The notes beneath the pieces are model-generated. The model was not told the origin of the DNA, made no database searches, and saw only the letters and a program-made list of their open reading frames with translations. A DNA stretch of 64,000 nt, from contig JBHLLU010000002.1 of NCBI GenBank assembly GCA_048938895.1, forward strand, positions 82,394 to 146,393, given 5' to 3'. Of the stretch, positions 1 through 9,183 are shown one piece after another. Positions within the stretch are counted from its first letter, which is position 1. Each line of letters begins with the position of its first letter. The position numbers and the translations under genes are program-made. The DNA comes from Promethearchaeota archaeon (GTDB taxonomy: Archaea; Asgardarchaeota; Lokiarchaeia; Sigyniarchaeales; SOKP01).

Positions 1-2
1 CC

Positions 3-245
3 AAAGGTGGTTTAATTGATATGATGGACACAGCAATTAAAGAGACGAATAGAACGAAACAATTAGAAATTTATGAAAATATTCAATCATATATATTTGA
101 TGTCAATCGACCACTTACACCAGCCAGTCATGCGCATATTTCTGGTTGGGTTTATCTAATAAAACAAGCTCATATGCCAGATTTAAAAGGAGTTAACTAT
201 AATGTTATGAAAATTATTGAATGCTGGAAATGGTACTATGAGTGA
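3..245 (+). CDS. C-terminal fragment of an ABC peptide/oligosaccharide solute-binding protein (family 5); gene starts before the window
   Basis: Frame is open from position 3 (KGGLIDMMDTAIKETNRTKQLEIYENIQSYIF...), resembling the 'ETD..KR.ELY..IQ' C-terminal helix of OppA/DppA-type proteins. Confidence 0.55.
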   Translation, partial: KGGLIDMMDTAIKETNRTKQLEIYENIQSYIFDVNRPLTPASHAHISGWVYLIKQAHMPDLKGVNYNVMKIIECWKWYYE

Positions 246-670
246 TATACCATTTTATAATGCGTCTCTGTTTTTTCTTTCACTTTGAACCCAAGTCGTT
301 CATACAATCTTTGAGCCTTTTCATTCGAAATCAAAACTTGGAGATATACGTCCTTTTGTTCTTCTTTCGCTTTTTTTAACAATTCTTTGATTAATGTAGT
401 ACCAATTCCTTGATTCTGAAACTGTGGTAGAATTTCTATTAATGAGAAAAAGAAATGATCTTCTTCTTCTCTGATTGAAATACAGCCAATGTCTTTACCT
501 GATTTGGTTACTATCTTAAGTTGAACTGGTTTAAAATGCTTAAAATGATAATCTTTCTGCCATTCTTCATCCCATCCCCATGTTTTAGTAATATACTCTC
601 TTAAAGTAGCTTTTTTAAGAAGATAGCAGAAGTCGTAATCTGTCTCTGTTGCTTGGCGTAATTGAATCAT
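236..670 (-). CDS. GNAT family N-acetyltransferase
   Basis: Acetyl-CoA motif FQNQGIGTTLI and N.KAQRLYERLGF. Confidence 0.9.
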   Translation of the reverse strand: MIQLRQATETDYDFCYLLKKATLREYITKTWGWDEEWQKDYHFKHFKPVQLKIVTKSGKDIGCISIREEEDHFFFSLIEILPQFQNQGIGTTLIKELLKKAKEEQKDVYLQVLISNEKAQRLYERLGFKVKEKTETHYKMVYHS

Positions 671-780
671 GTATTAATTGCTATTTATTAAATCTTAATT
701 AAAGTTAATATTATTTTAAATAATTTTAAATCTTATAAGTCTTAATCCATTTCTAAAAAGCTATTCTAAAAAATTTTATT

Positions 781-1761
781 ATGCCTTCAGAAAAATCCTT
801 AGGTGAATATTTTAATAATACTGGTCGTGAAGATGTGTTATCTGGAGGAGTAAAAATGATACCCATCCAGACACAATTTGGTGAATTTAAAGTTTGGACG
901 AAAAGGATAGGAAATAATCCAACAATCAAAGTCCTTCTGTTGCATGGAGGTCCGGGTGCAACACATGAATACTTTGAATGTTTTGATAGTTTTTTTCCTG
1001 CAGAGGGTTTTGAATATTACTATTACGATCAATTAGGATCTTTTTATAGTGATCAACCTGAGGAACCGGGATTATGGGAGATTCCAAGATTTGTGGAAGA
1101 AGTAGAACAAGTTAGAAAAGCTTTAAAATTAAAAAAATCAAACTTCTATCTATTTGGGCAATCTTGGGGAGGCATACTAGCAGTTGAATATGCATTAAAA
1201 TATCAGGGTAATCTTAAAGGTCTAATAATCTCCAACATGATGATGAGTGCCCCTGCTTATGGAAAATATGCTGATGAAGTCCTTGGACCTAAACTTGATC
1301 CCAAAGTTTTAGCTGAAATTAAAGATTTGGAGGCTAAGGAAGATTTTGATAATCCTCATTATATGGAATTATTATTATCTAATTATTACACAGAGCATTT
1401 TGTACGCATACCTGTTGAGCAATGGCCAGAACCCATTAATCGAACATTCAAACATCTTAATGAGGATGTTTATGTACCAATGCAGGGTCCTAGTGAATTT
1501 GGGATAAGGGGTACGTTAGAAAATTGGGATAGAACTTCTGACTTATCTAAAATAAAAATTCCTACTTTAGTAATCGGAGCTACTTACGATACAATGGATC
1601 CCGAGCATATGAGATGGGTATCTACCCAAGTACAACAAGGACAATTTTTATTATGCCCAAATGGTAGTCATTGTGCTTTCTATGATGATCAGAAGAAATT
1701 TTTTGAGGGGTTGATAAAATTTATCAACGATGTAGATCAAAAAACGTTTTCTCCAAAATAA
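781..1761 (+). CDS. pip: Proline iminopeptidase-family alpha/beta hydrolase (S33)
   Basis: LHGGPG oxyanion motif, GQSWGG nucleophile elbow, catalytic D (YDTM) and H (GSH). Confidence 0.85.
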   Translation: MPSEKSLGEYFNNTGREDVLSGGVKMIPIQTQFGEFKVWTKRIGNNPTIKVLLLHGGPGATHEYFECFDSFFPAEGFEYYYYDQLGSFYSDQPEEPGLWEIPRFVEEVEQVRKALKLKKSNFYLFGQSWGGILAVEYALKYQGNLKGLIISNMMMSAPAYGKYADEVLGPKLDPKVLAEIKDLEAKEDFDNPHYMELLLSNYYTEHFVRIPVEQWPEPINRTFKHLNEDVYVPMQGPSEFGIRGTLENWDRTSDLSKIKIPTLVIGATYDTMDPEHMRWVSTQVQQGQFLLCPNGSHCAFYDDQKKFFEGLIKFINDVDQKTFSPK

Positions 1762-1885
1762 AGATTTAATCGTTTAAGAAAGAAATTGATATCAAAAGAA
1801 TTAATAGATTTTTTATCAAATATAATATAAGAAGCGATTATTTTTTATAGATTTATGATTACATAATCATATTTTCATTTCTTTC

Positions 1886-1913
1886 TGTGCAAAAATAAAA
1901 TAGATTTGTGCAA
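1886..1913 (+). promoter_or_regulatory. Tandem TGTGCAA boxes (1886-1892, 1907-1913), putative operator
   Basis: Two identical heptamers 21 bp apart in an AT-rich intergenic region; the same motif recurs upstream of other signalling loci. Confidence 0.4.
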
Positions 1914-2042
1914 TATTATGTGTTAATGTCACAAAAAAAGTGAAAAAACATCTAATTTTTTATAAGTTCATAATCTTATGAATATTGAAACAAAGAATAA
2001 TACTATTTCAATAATTGAACATTTAAGAAGTAGGTTCTAAAA

Positions 2043-2537
2043 ATGGCTACAGAGTATGCAATTCTCGCGAAATTAGGTGGTTTCATTGGAAGTAATCCTG
2101 AAATAATAAGCTCAACTCCTTCTCTAAAATCAATTATGACTGAAACCGAACTTCTTAGTAAATGTTTTCCTATTGGTTCTAAAGTTGGACAATTCATCGA
2201 AGATAAGTTAAATAAATATCTAGTATTATCATACATTTTTAAAGTAAAACAAGAGCGTGAGAGAGATGATTTATTCTCTTTATCAATTCTCCTAAATAAA
2301 CATGATAAAATTGATATATACAAACATACTCTGAAAGAACTTGTAGATATTTTAGAAGAAAATGGATTACTTAGTGAATTGATTTTAACTAAATACCATA
2401 ATCTCATTTATGAAGGGATGAATCAAGAAAAGGATATTCTCATTGAAAACAAATTTATAGAATTATCGAGAATCTTTAGAGATATTAAAGCAAAGGTTTT
2501 AAAACAAAAACCACAGTTAAAAGGAAGTTTTTTCTAA
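2043..2537 (+). CDS. Hypothetical protein, uDENN/longin-like fold suspected
   Basis: GSNPEII..P.....LLSKCFPIG followed by beta strands (LVLSYIF, LFSLSILL) and a helix, as in uDENN/longin domains; by eye only. Confidence 0.45.
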   Translation: MATEYAILAKLGGFIGSNPEIISSTPSLKSIMTETELLSKCFPIGSKVGQFIEDKLNKYLVLSYIFKVKQERERDDLFSLSILLNKHDKIDIYKHTLKELVDILEENGLLSELILTKYHNLIYEGMNQEKDILIENKFIELSRIFRDIKAKVLKQKPQLKGSFF

Positions 2538-3175
2538 TGGTAGAAGATATTATTGTTGAAAATCTAAGAGTAATAGGTTATTTTCTTAGCGCTACTCTTA
2601 TTCCATTTGCTACAGTAATCTTAGGAAGGAGGATTATTAAAGAAAAAAGGACAACAGGGCAACATAATAATGTTCGTTTAATAATTTTTGGAATCTTATT
2701 TAGTTTCGCCCTAATGAGTGTTTTGGAATACTTGGTTGAGTTGTCATTATTCCCAGAGGAAATATTTGGGTATAGTATAACATATATAAATTTATATTCG
2801 ATATTAATTGGTACTATGGTATCTTTAGGTCTTAGTTTAGTATTTTATATTAATAGATTGGAGACTTTTTATTTCTTTTCACTATTTATCTTTGGTGGAA
2901 TGATAATTTTTTATTACTTAACTGGATTTAGCGACTGGCTTGAATTGTATATACAAATAACAGCTGTACTGTGTCTCTCATTTATATATTTTACAAGTTT
3001 TCGAGTGAGAGATAATGGAGCACTTGGCTTAGCCATCTTTTTTACTTTAGCCTTTAGTACTTTGGTAATCGAGATTTCTTTTGTCAATCAGATAATAATA
3101 TTTACATATAATATATTTATTTTGTTTTTCTCGCTGGGACTATTTAGGCCATTTAAAGAGGAGGTTATTCAATAA
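2537..3175 (+). CDS. Multi-pass (~7 TM) membrane protein
   Basis: Successive hydrophobic segments; ATG overlaps the upstream stop (TAATG). Confidence 0.75.
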   Translation: MVEDIIVENLRVIGYFLSATLIPFATVILGRRIIKEKRTTGQHNNVRLIIFGILFSFALMSVLEYLVELSLFPEEIFGYSITYINLYSILIGTMVSLGLSLVFYINRLETFYFFSLFIFGGMIIFYYLTGFSDWLELYIQITAVLCLSFIYFTSFRVRDNGALGLAIFFTLAFSTLVIEISFVNQIIIFTYNIFILFFSLGLFRPFKEEVIQ

Positions 3176-3176
3176 A

Positions 3177-3827
3177 ATGCCACAGTTTCTCTATATGATA
3201 ATAGAAGGTATGTATTTTATATTTGGCTTATTATCGATAAAAATTACCTTAAATACTTGGAAAGATAATAAAAACCGGATTCTAATTGCCATCTCTGTAT
3301 ACATGATTGCTGTCTTAATGAAATCTGTAATTGATATGTTGTTTTATCTTCTTGATCTTAATTTGGACGTTGAAATAATTGGATATGTTACCATTGGGCA
3401 GATAATTGGCAATATTTTATTCGTGATTCAACTGGAATTTATATTTTTCTTAAAAAAGTTGACTAAATTATATACGCTTCCCTTCATCATAGCTTTCTAT
3501 CTTATTGCTGGAAGAATTCAAGTAAATTCAGCTCTACCATTCATCATATATGCTATGTTGGTGGGTTATGGATCTGCTTATTTACTAATTAAAGATGGAA
3601 AAAGAAAGCTAAATGGACAAGCAGTTGGGATGGGCTTATTCTTCTTGCTTTGGGCTTTAGGACAAACTGTTCCCATTGAAGTATTTTTTATTTTCTGTAG
3701 GTTATTCGCAATGATATTACTCTTTTTAGGTACTAAGGGATTCTATGAAAAGTATATTTTCCCAGATCTAGAGGAAGAAAAGAAAATTATGGGTGCTTGG
3801 ATCGCAAAATTTGTCATAAAGGATTAG
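3177..3827 (+). CDS. Multi-pass (~7 TM) membrane protein
   Basis: Hydrophobic segments; 1-nt gap to the previous gene, so operonic. Confidence 0.75.
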   Translation: MPQFLYMIIEGMYFIFGLLSIKITLNTWKDNKNRILIAISVYMIAVLMKSVIDMLFYLLDLNLDVEIIGYVTIGQIIGNILFVIQLEFIFFLKKLTKLYTLPFIIAFYLIAGRIQVNSALPFIIYAMLVGYGSAYLLIKDGKRKLNGQAVGMGLFFLLWALGQTVPIEVFFIFCRLFAMILLFLGTKGFYEKYIFPDLEEEKKIMGAWIAKFVIKD

Positions 3828-4059
3828 TTCGATATAGATTTATTTTATGATAAAAACCAGATTTCAATTTTTTATTGAACCTTGACTAAGTTGAATTTAC
3901 CTAGACTATATTTGATTCTGAAAGAGGATATCAGCAAATTAACAAGAAGAATCTTATTTGTAGCAATAGAACAAAAATCAGTAAAAAAGCTCAACTTTTT
4001 ATTTTAAAATCAGCATAATTAGTTAAGAATAAAATCATTATTTCAAACTACTCTACTAG

Positions 4060-4965
4060 TTGGCAAAAATGGGAATTAGAAATCTTCTAAAAAGAGTTTT
4101 TACAAAAGAAAAGAAAGTTGTTATATGTGGATTAGATAGTGCTGGAAAGAGTACTATGGTTAGTTTTCTTCAAAATGGAACCTTTATAGAACACACTCCA
4201 ACAATGGGTAAAGAATTGACCACTTTGCAAGTGCAAGGTATTAGAATAAATTTAATCGATATGGGAGGGCAAAAAGATTTTCGAGATTTATGGCTAGGAG
4301 AAGCTTCACAAGCTGAGTGCGTTATATTTATGATAGATGCTCATGCTAAAGAAAGATTTAATGAAGCAAAAAGGGAGTTATGGAAATTATCAGATAATTT
4401 TAAGAAGAATCCATTGATTGTTTTAGCAAATAAATATGATCTGCAACCGGTGGCGAGTATCAGTGATATAATCGAAGTTTTAGATTTGAATAAATTACCT
4501 TCTTTTGAAGTTATGCCTATTTCATGTAAAACGGGATACGGAATTGTCAAAGCATTTATGAAAATTTATTATAAATTAACTGGAAGTCAACTAACTAAAA
4601 AAATTAACACAAAAGCAGTAACAATTTTCGATCAAGGTGGTGTACCCCTTACATCTTCTTCAGATGAGGATATTCTTCAAGGAGGACTTTTCTCAGCAAT
4701 TAACAGCTTTGTCAAACAATCATTCCATTCTGATTTGGATCAACTAAAATTTGGTGACAATTTAATTATCTTTAAGCGATCTAAAAATTTGTTAGGTTCT
4801 ATTGTAATTAATAATGGTGATAGGGTGAATGTTAAATATGCTGAAGATGGTTTAGATGAACTATTAACACACCTAGAGAATATGTGCCCTGAACTTGAAA
4901 AAAATCAAACAGATTCAGGAAAGATTGAATTCTTAGTGAAACAATATGCTTCAAATCTTTTATAA
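4060..4965 (+). CDS. Arf-like small GTPase with C-terminal longin/roadblock-like domain (likely start ATG 4069)
   Basis: G1 GLDSAGKST, G2 PTMG, G3 DMGGQ, G4 NKYD, G5 SCK; N-terminal MGIRNLLKRVF helix; C-terminal 'VTIFDQGGVPL...LQGGLFSAINSFVKQSF'. Confidence 0.88.
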   Translation: MAKMGIRNLLKRVFTKEKKVVICGLDSAGKSTMVSFLQNGTFIEHTPTMGKELTTLQVQGIRINLIDMGGQKDFRDLWLGEASQAECVIFMIDAHAKERFNEAKRELWKLSDNFKKNPLIVLANKYDLQPVASISDIIEVLDLNKLPSFEVMPISCKTGYGIVKAFMKIYYKLTGSQLTKKINTKAVTIFDQGGVPLTSSSDEDILQGGLFSAINSFVKQSFHSDLDQLKFGDNLIIFKRSKNLLGSIVINNGDRVNVKYAEDGLDELLTHLENMCPELEKNQTDSGKIEFLVKQYASNLL

Positions 4966-5166
4966 TATTATTTTCTTTTTCTTATTTTTCAAGAAATTCT
5001 TTATAGAGAAATAGTTTAAACTAGTTATCTATCAATAAAAGTTGAAGAATTTTGAATTTTGTACAAATTGAAATGAGAAAGTAATTATACAATCAAAAAT
5101 TTTTGCAGAATAAGCTACTCGAGGTATTTTTGAACTCAACAAACAAAAAATAAAGAGTTTTACAAT

Positions 5167-5940
5167 ATGATTATGATTCTGTTTACAATTCTATTATGGA
5201 TCATAATACTTGATAACTTACTTCTTGGGATTTTTTTACTCATCAAAGCATTCCAAATTAAGTTTATTAATCTCTATTCAATGGGTATCGGTTTTGTATT
5301 ATTTTTTGTTGGATTGTTCGGTAATTTTGTATTAGGTTATGGTTATTTCTTTGAAGAATTATTTGTATTTATAGGTTATTTCTTAATCGCTTTCTTTACT
5401 TACTTAACCTTCCATAGACGGAAGGTTGATTACAAAGCTAGACTATTATTATACTTATCATTAGTCTTTATGTTCACTCGAATCTTTCTTGGTTTGTTGG
5501 TTGAAATTAATTTAAATCCAGTTACTAGATATTCTGAACTGATTATAATAAACTGCTGTCTATTCCTAGTTTTTTATTGGTTAGGATGGTCTTCTTTATC
5601 TGCGTATAAAAGATTGCGTAACATTAATGTTGCTCCTTGGTTAAAAACAAGATATAAAGCTATTTCTATTGTTTCTTTTTTATGGCCATTCCATGCGCTA
5701 TTAGGTTTATTCTTACCGTGGAATACTGAGTTTGGTGATCCTTCTGATATAATAAGTTTGATCCACTTCAGTATAACTGTAATTTTAAGCTTGATTTTTA
5801 TAATAGGAATGATTATCGCGTGGATAATTCCTGAATATCTAAAAAATTACATAAATAGTAAAAAAGGGTATGAACCTCCGGATGATAAAGAATTATCTGA
5901 AGATGACCTAATGAAGTTGATAAAAAGTCAATTGCCATAA
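5167..5940 (+). CDS. ~7 TM membrane protein, paralog of 11572..12378
   Basis: Shared motifs PWLKTRY, AWIIPEYLKNYIN, KELSEDDLMKLI. Confidence 0.75.
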   Translation: MIMILFTILLWIIILDNLLLGIFLLIKAFQIKFINLYSMGIGFVLFFVGLFGNFVLGYGYFFEELFVFIGYFLIAFFTYLTFHRRKVDYKARLLLYLSLVFMFTRIFLGLLVEINLNPVTRYSELIIINCCLFLVFYWLGWSSLSAYKRLRNINVAPWLKTRYKAISIVSFLWPFHALLGLFLPWNTEFGDPSDIISLIHFSITVILSLIFIIGMIIAWIIPEYLKNYINSKKGYEPPDDKELSEDDLMKLIKSQLP

Positions 5941-6078
5941 GATAATAACAAATAATTAATTATCAAGAGTGAACTCTTCAGATTGGCATTTAAGCAGAAG
6001 TTGGCTTTAAACTCAGTAAACAACTGAAGATTATAGATAGTTCATGCTCATTATAAATTTTATAATTATATTATAAAT

Positions 6079-7953
6079 TTATCTGCTAAATACTATTGGA
6101 AGTGTAAAATAGAAAGTTGAACCTTTATTTCGACCTTTTGACTCAACCCAAATCTCTCCTCCATGCAATTCTATGATTTTTTTTGATATGTACAAACCTA
6201 ATCCAGAACCACCTAATATATCATCGAATCCTTGGTTCTTTCTGCTAAATTTTCCGAACTTTTGAAACAGCTTCTCTTTCTCATCCTCAGTAAAACCAAA
6301 ACCATCATCTTTTATCGAGGTAACAATAGTATTACCCTTAATTTCAGATCGTAGTTCTATCAATCCCCCTGGAGGAGAATAATTTATAGCATTGTTAAGT
6401 AAATTTGAAATAACTTCACGAATTTGCTCTTTATTAAATTTAGTAATCCCAATATCTTTTATATCTACATCAATTTTTAATAATTTCATTTTGGCGAAAG
6501 TTTGTAATTCATCAACACATGATTTTATAAGTGTTGCAATATCTCCTTTTGAAGTAATTAATTCGATTTTACTAGTTTCTAATTTTGAACTTTCAATTAA
6601 TTTATGGATTATATCCTCAATTCTTTCGCAACCTCTTTGAATTGAATCTATCATTTTCACTACTTCTGGTTTTAAATTTTCATAATGTAAATTTAAAATT
6701 AAGTCGGCGTTACCCTTTATAGCTACTAATGGTACTTTTAGCTCGTGAGATGCTCTTCTAAGAAATTCATTTTTTAAATTGTTCAATTGTTCTAACTCTT
6801 TATTTTGTTCTTTTAATTTTTCCTCGGATTCCTTTAATTTTCTTTCACTGGTTTTACGATCAGAAATGTCTCGAGCTATGGTAATAATTTTCTTATTACC
6901 GGCACCATCTACAAAATTCTTCGCCGAAATTTCCAACCATTTATAGCTACCATCTTCATGTTCAAAACGTGTTTGATATGAGCCTTTTCCTTTTCTTAAT
7001 ATTTTACCTAATAAAATAGCTGATCGTTTTCGATCATCTGGGTGTACAAGAGTAAGAGGACTTTCTTTTAATAGTTCTTTTTTAGAATAGCCAAGAATCT
7101 GTCTATGTACATTTTCATTTAGATCTTCATATTCAAATTTATTATTTAGTACTTTAATGAGATCATTCGCATTTTCAAAGATTAATCTATATTTTTCTTC
7201 AGATTCTCTTAATTTGATTTCTATTTCCTTTTCTCTGGTGATATCTCGAGAAACTAATAATATCCTTTTATTACCATTCGAATCAAATGTTACCCTTCCG
7301 TTTACATCCATCCATTTATAGGAATTGTCTTTTGTGCGCATTCTATATTGTCCTCGGCCTTGACCTTCTTTTAACGCTTCTTTTAAAAGAAGTTTAGCGT
7401 GTTTTATATCATCGGGATGCAAAAATTCCAAAGGAGATTTGCCTATGATTTCTTCTTTTGAAAATCCTGATATCCGTTCCTGTGTTTCATTTATAAATAA
7501 TAACTCGAATTTATCGTTAAAAACTGAAATCATATCATTAATATTATCTGTAATGAACTGATATTTTTCTTCAACCTCTTTTTGGACCGATATATCTCTT
7601 AATACTGCAGTAAGTTTTATGTTTTCATTTTCCCGTAAAATAGTTCCATTGGCAGATAAATGTACATAATGTCCATCCTTATGTAATGCTCTGTATTCAG
7701 CAGATATTGGACCTCCACCGTCTATTAAGTTTTTCATTTTACTCAATAAATTAGGAAGATCTTCGGGATGGATGAATTTAAAACCATTAGTTCCAATAAC
7801 TTCCTCAGGATTATAACCAAGAATATTTTTTACTTGTGGACTCACATAAGTAAAATATCCATCTAAATCAGATTCTACTATGATATCTCTAATATGATTT
7901 ACAATTAATTGTAGATGTTCTTTAGTATCTTTTTTTTTTTTGTTGTTTGACAT
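6079..7953 (-). CDS. Cytoplasmic PAS-PAS-PAS sensor histidine kinase
   Basis: Three PAS/PAC repeats (IHPED, LHPDD, VHPDD), H-box ASHELKVPL, N-box NLLNNA, G-boxes DDGFG and GSGLGL. Confidence 0.93.
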   Translation of the reverse strand: MSNNKKKKDTKEHLQLIVNHIRDIIVESDLDGYFTYVSPQVKNILGYNPEEVIGTNGFKFIHPEDLPNLLSKMKNLIDGGGPISAEYRALHKDGHYVHLSANGTILRENENIKLTAVLRDISVQKEVEEKYQFITDNINDMISVFNDKFELLFINETQERISGFSKEEIIGKSPLEFLHPDDIKHAKLLLKEALKEGQGRGQYRMRTKDNSYKWMDVNGRVTFDSNGNKRILLVSRDITREKEIEIKLRESEEKYRLIFENANDLIKVLNNKFEYEDLNENVHRQILGYSKKELLKESPLTLVHPDDRKRSAILLGKILRKGKGSYQTRFEHEDGSYKWLEISAKNFVDGAGNKKIITIARDISDRKTSERKLKESEEKLKEQNKELEQLNNLKNEFLRRASHELKVPLVAIKGNADLILNLHYENLKPEVVKMIDSIQRGCERIEDIIHKLIESSKLETSKIELITSKGDIATLIKSCVDELQTFAKMKLLKIDVDIKDIGITKFNKEQIREVISNLLNNAINYSPPGGLIELRSEIKGNTIVTSIKDDGFGFTEDEKEKLFQKFGKFSRKNQGFDDILGGSGLGLYISKKIIELHGGEIWVESKGRNKGSTFYFTLPIVFSR

Positions 7954-8277
7954 TTTAAAAATGTGTTCTTGTTATTTATTGATTACAAGATTTAGACCTC
8001 GAATATATAATAGTTGGAAATCTATTTCTTAAAAAGCTTGTTAAAAAATTTGTGCAAGAAATATTTAGCTCTCAAGAACTTTTGTACATTTAGATCAATC
8101 AAAATAAAGATAAAAATGAACTTATTAAAGTCTTATTTTGCCTATATCTTTTCATGTTGATAGAACGTATTTTCATTATTAACAGTTGTTAATTATAAGA
8201 AAAAAGATAATTTTTTATGTGCAAAATTATTTATTTTTATTAAAGAAAATTAAAAACATAATTTCGGATAAAGAAAA

Positions 8278-9174
8278 ATGGCGCAAAAAGTCCAAAAAAC
8301 AGAAGAAATGAAGAATTATGAATTAGAAACAGGGAAAAATGCAATTTGGAATAATGAAATTACTAAAGGATTCTTAAAATGGCAAAAAGGTGAACGTCTT
8401 TACGACATTGATAAAGAACGTGTTGCACTCTATGTTTCTAAGAATATGAAAGAAAGGTGGGTATCATTTGTCAAAAAAAGCAATTATTCTACTCTATCAA
8501 AATTAGTTAAAGAAGCAATCGATTTTTATATTCAATATAAATCTTCCCCCTATAGTGAAAAAGAACCAGAAAATACTAACGTGCTTTCAAGAATTTCTCA
8601 TGATTTAAAAGAAAGATTAACCACAATTATGGCTTATCTACAATTACTAATTGAAGGGAAGGAATATTCTCTAGATTTTGGGGTTGTTACAGAATTAAAG
8701 AACATTTATAACCAGTGCCTTTCTTTTGAAGAATTTATAATATCTAATTTTGAAAACTTAAAACTTGAAGAGGAAAAAATTATGGATAGAGACAAAATCA
8801 AATATGATATTTTAATCATAGAAGATAATATTGAGACACTGAATTTTCTAATAAGATACTTTGGGCATTTAGGATATTCTTGTAAAGAAGCAAGAGCGGG
8901 TAAGAAGGGATTAGACCTTCTAAAAGAGTCTAAACCATTAATCATATTACTTGATATTATTTTACCAGATATAAATGGGTATGATTTTCTAAAATCAGTC
9001 AAATCGAATCCTGATTATAATGATATTAAAATCATATTCTTAACTGCTGTACCAAGTTCAGAAGTTGCGGAAAAAATGGTTGAATTTGGTGTTGATGGTT
9101 TAATATCAAAACCTTTTAATTTAAAAGATTTTGAACTAGTCGAGAAGTTTCTGAAAGAAATAAAAAAAAAATAA
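8278..9174 (+). CDS. Response regulator: N-terminal short motif + ribbon-helix-helix-like + HisKA-like + receiver domain
   Basis: RVALYVS...W...LSKLVKEAIDFY (RHH-like), ISHDLKERLTTI (H-box), IIEDN / LLDIILPDING / LTA / KPF (receiver). Confidence 0.8.
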   Translation: MAQKVQKTEEMKNYELETGKNAIWNNEITKGFLKWQKGERLYDIDKERVALYVSKNMKERWVSFVKKSNYSTLSKLVKEAIDFYIQYKSSPYSEKEPENTNVLSRISHDLKERLTTIMAYLQLLIEGKEYSLDFGVVTELKNIYNQCLSFEEFIISNFENLKLEEEKIMDRDKIKYDILIIEDNIETLNFLIRYFGHLGYSCKEARAGKKGLDLLKESKPLIILLDIILPDINGYDFLKSVKSNPDYNDIKIIFLTAVPSSEVAEKMVEFGVDGLISKPFNLKDFELVEKFLKEIKKK

Positions 9175-9183
9175 TTTATATTC

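Noticed and set aside
7930-7941. Long T/A homopolymer near the kinase start as a phase-variation tract
   Set aside because: It encodes an in-frame Lys run, and such tracts are common in this AT-rich sequence; no evidence of length variation
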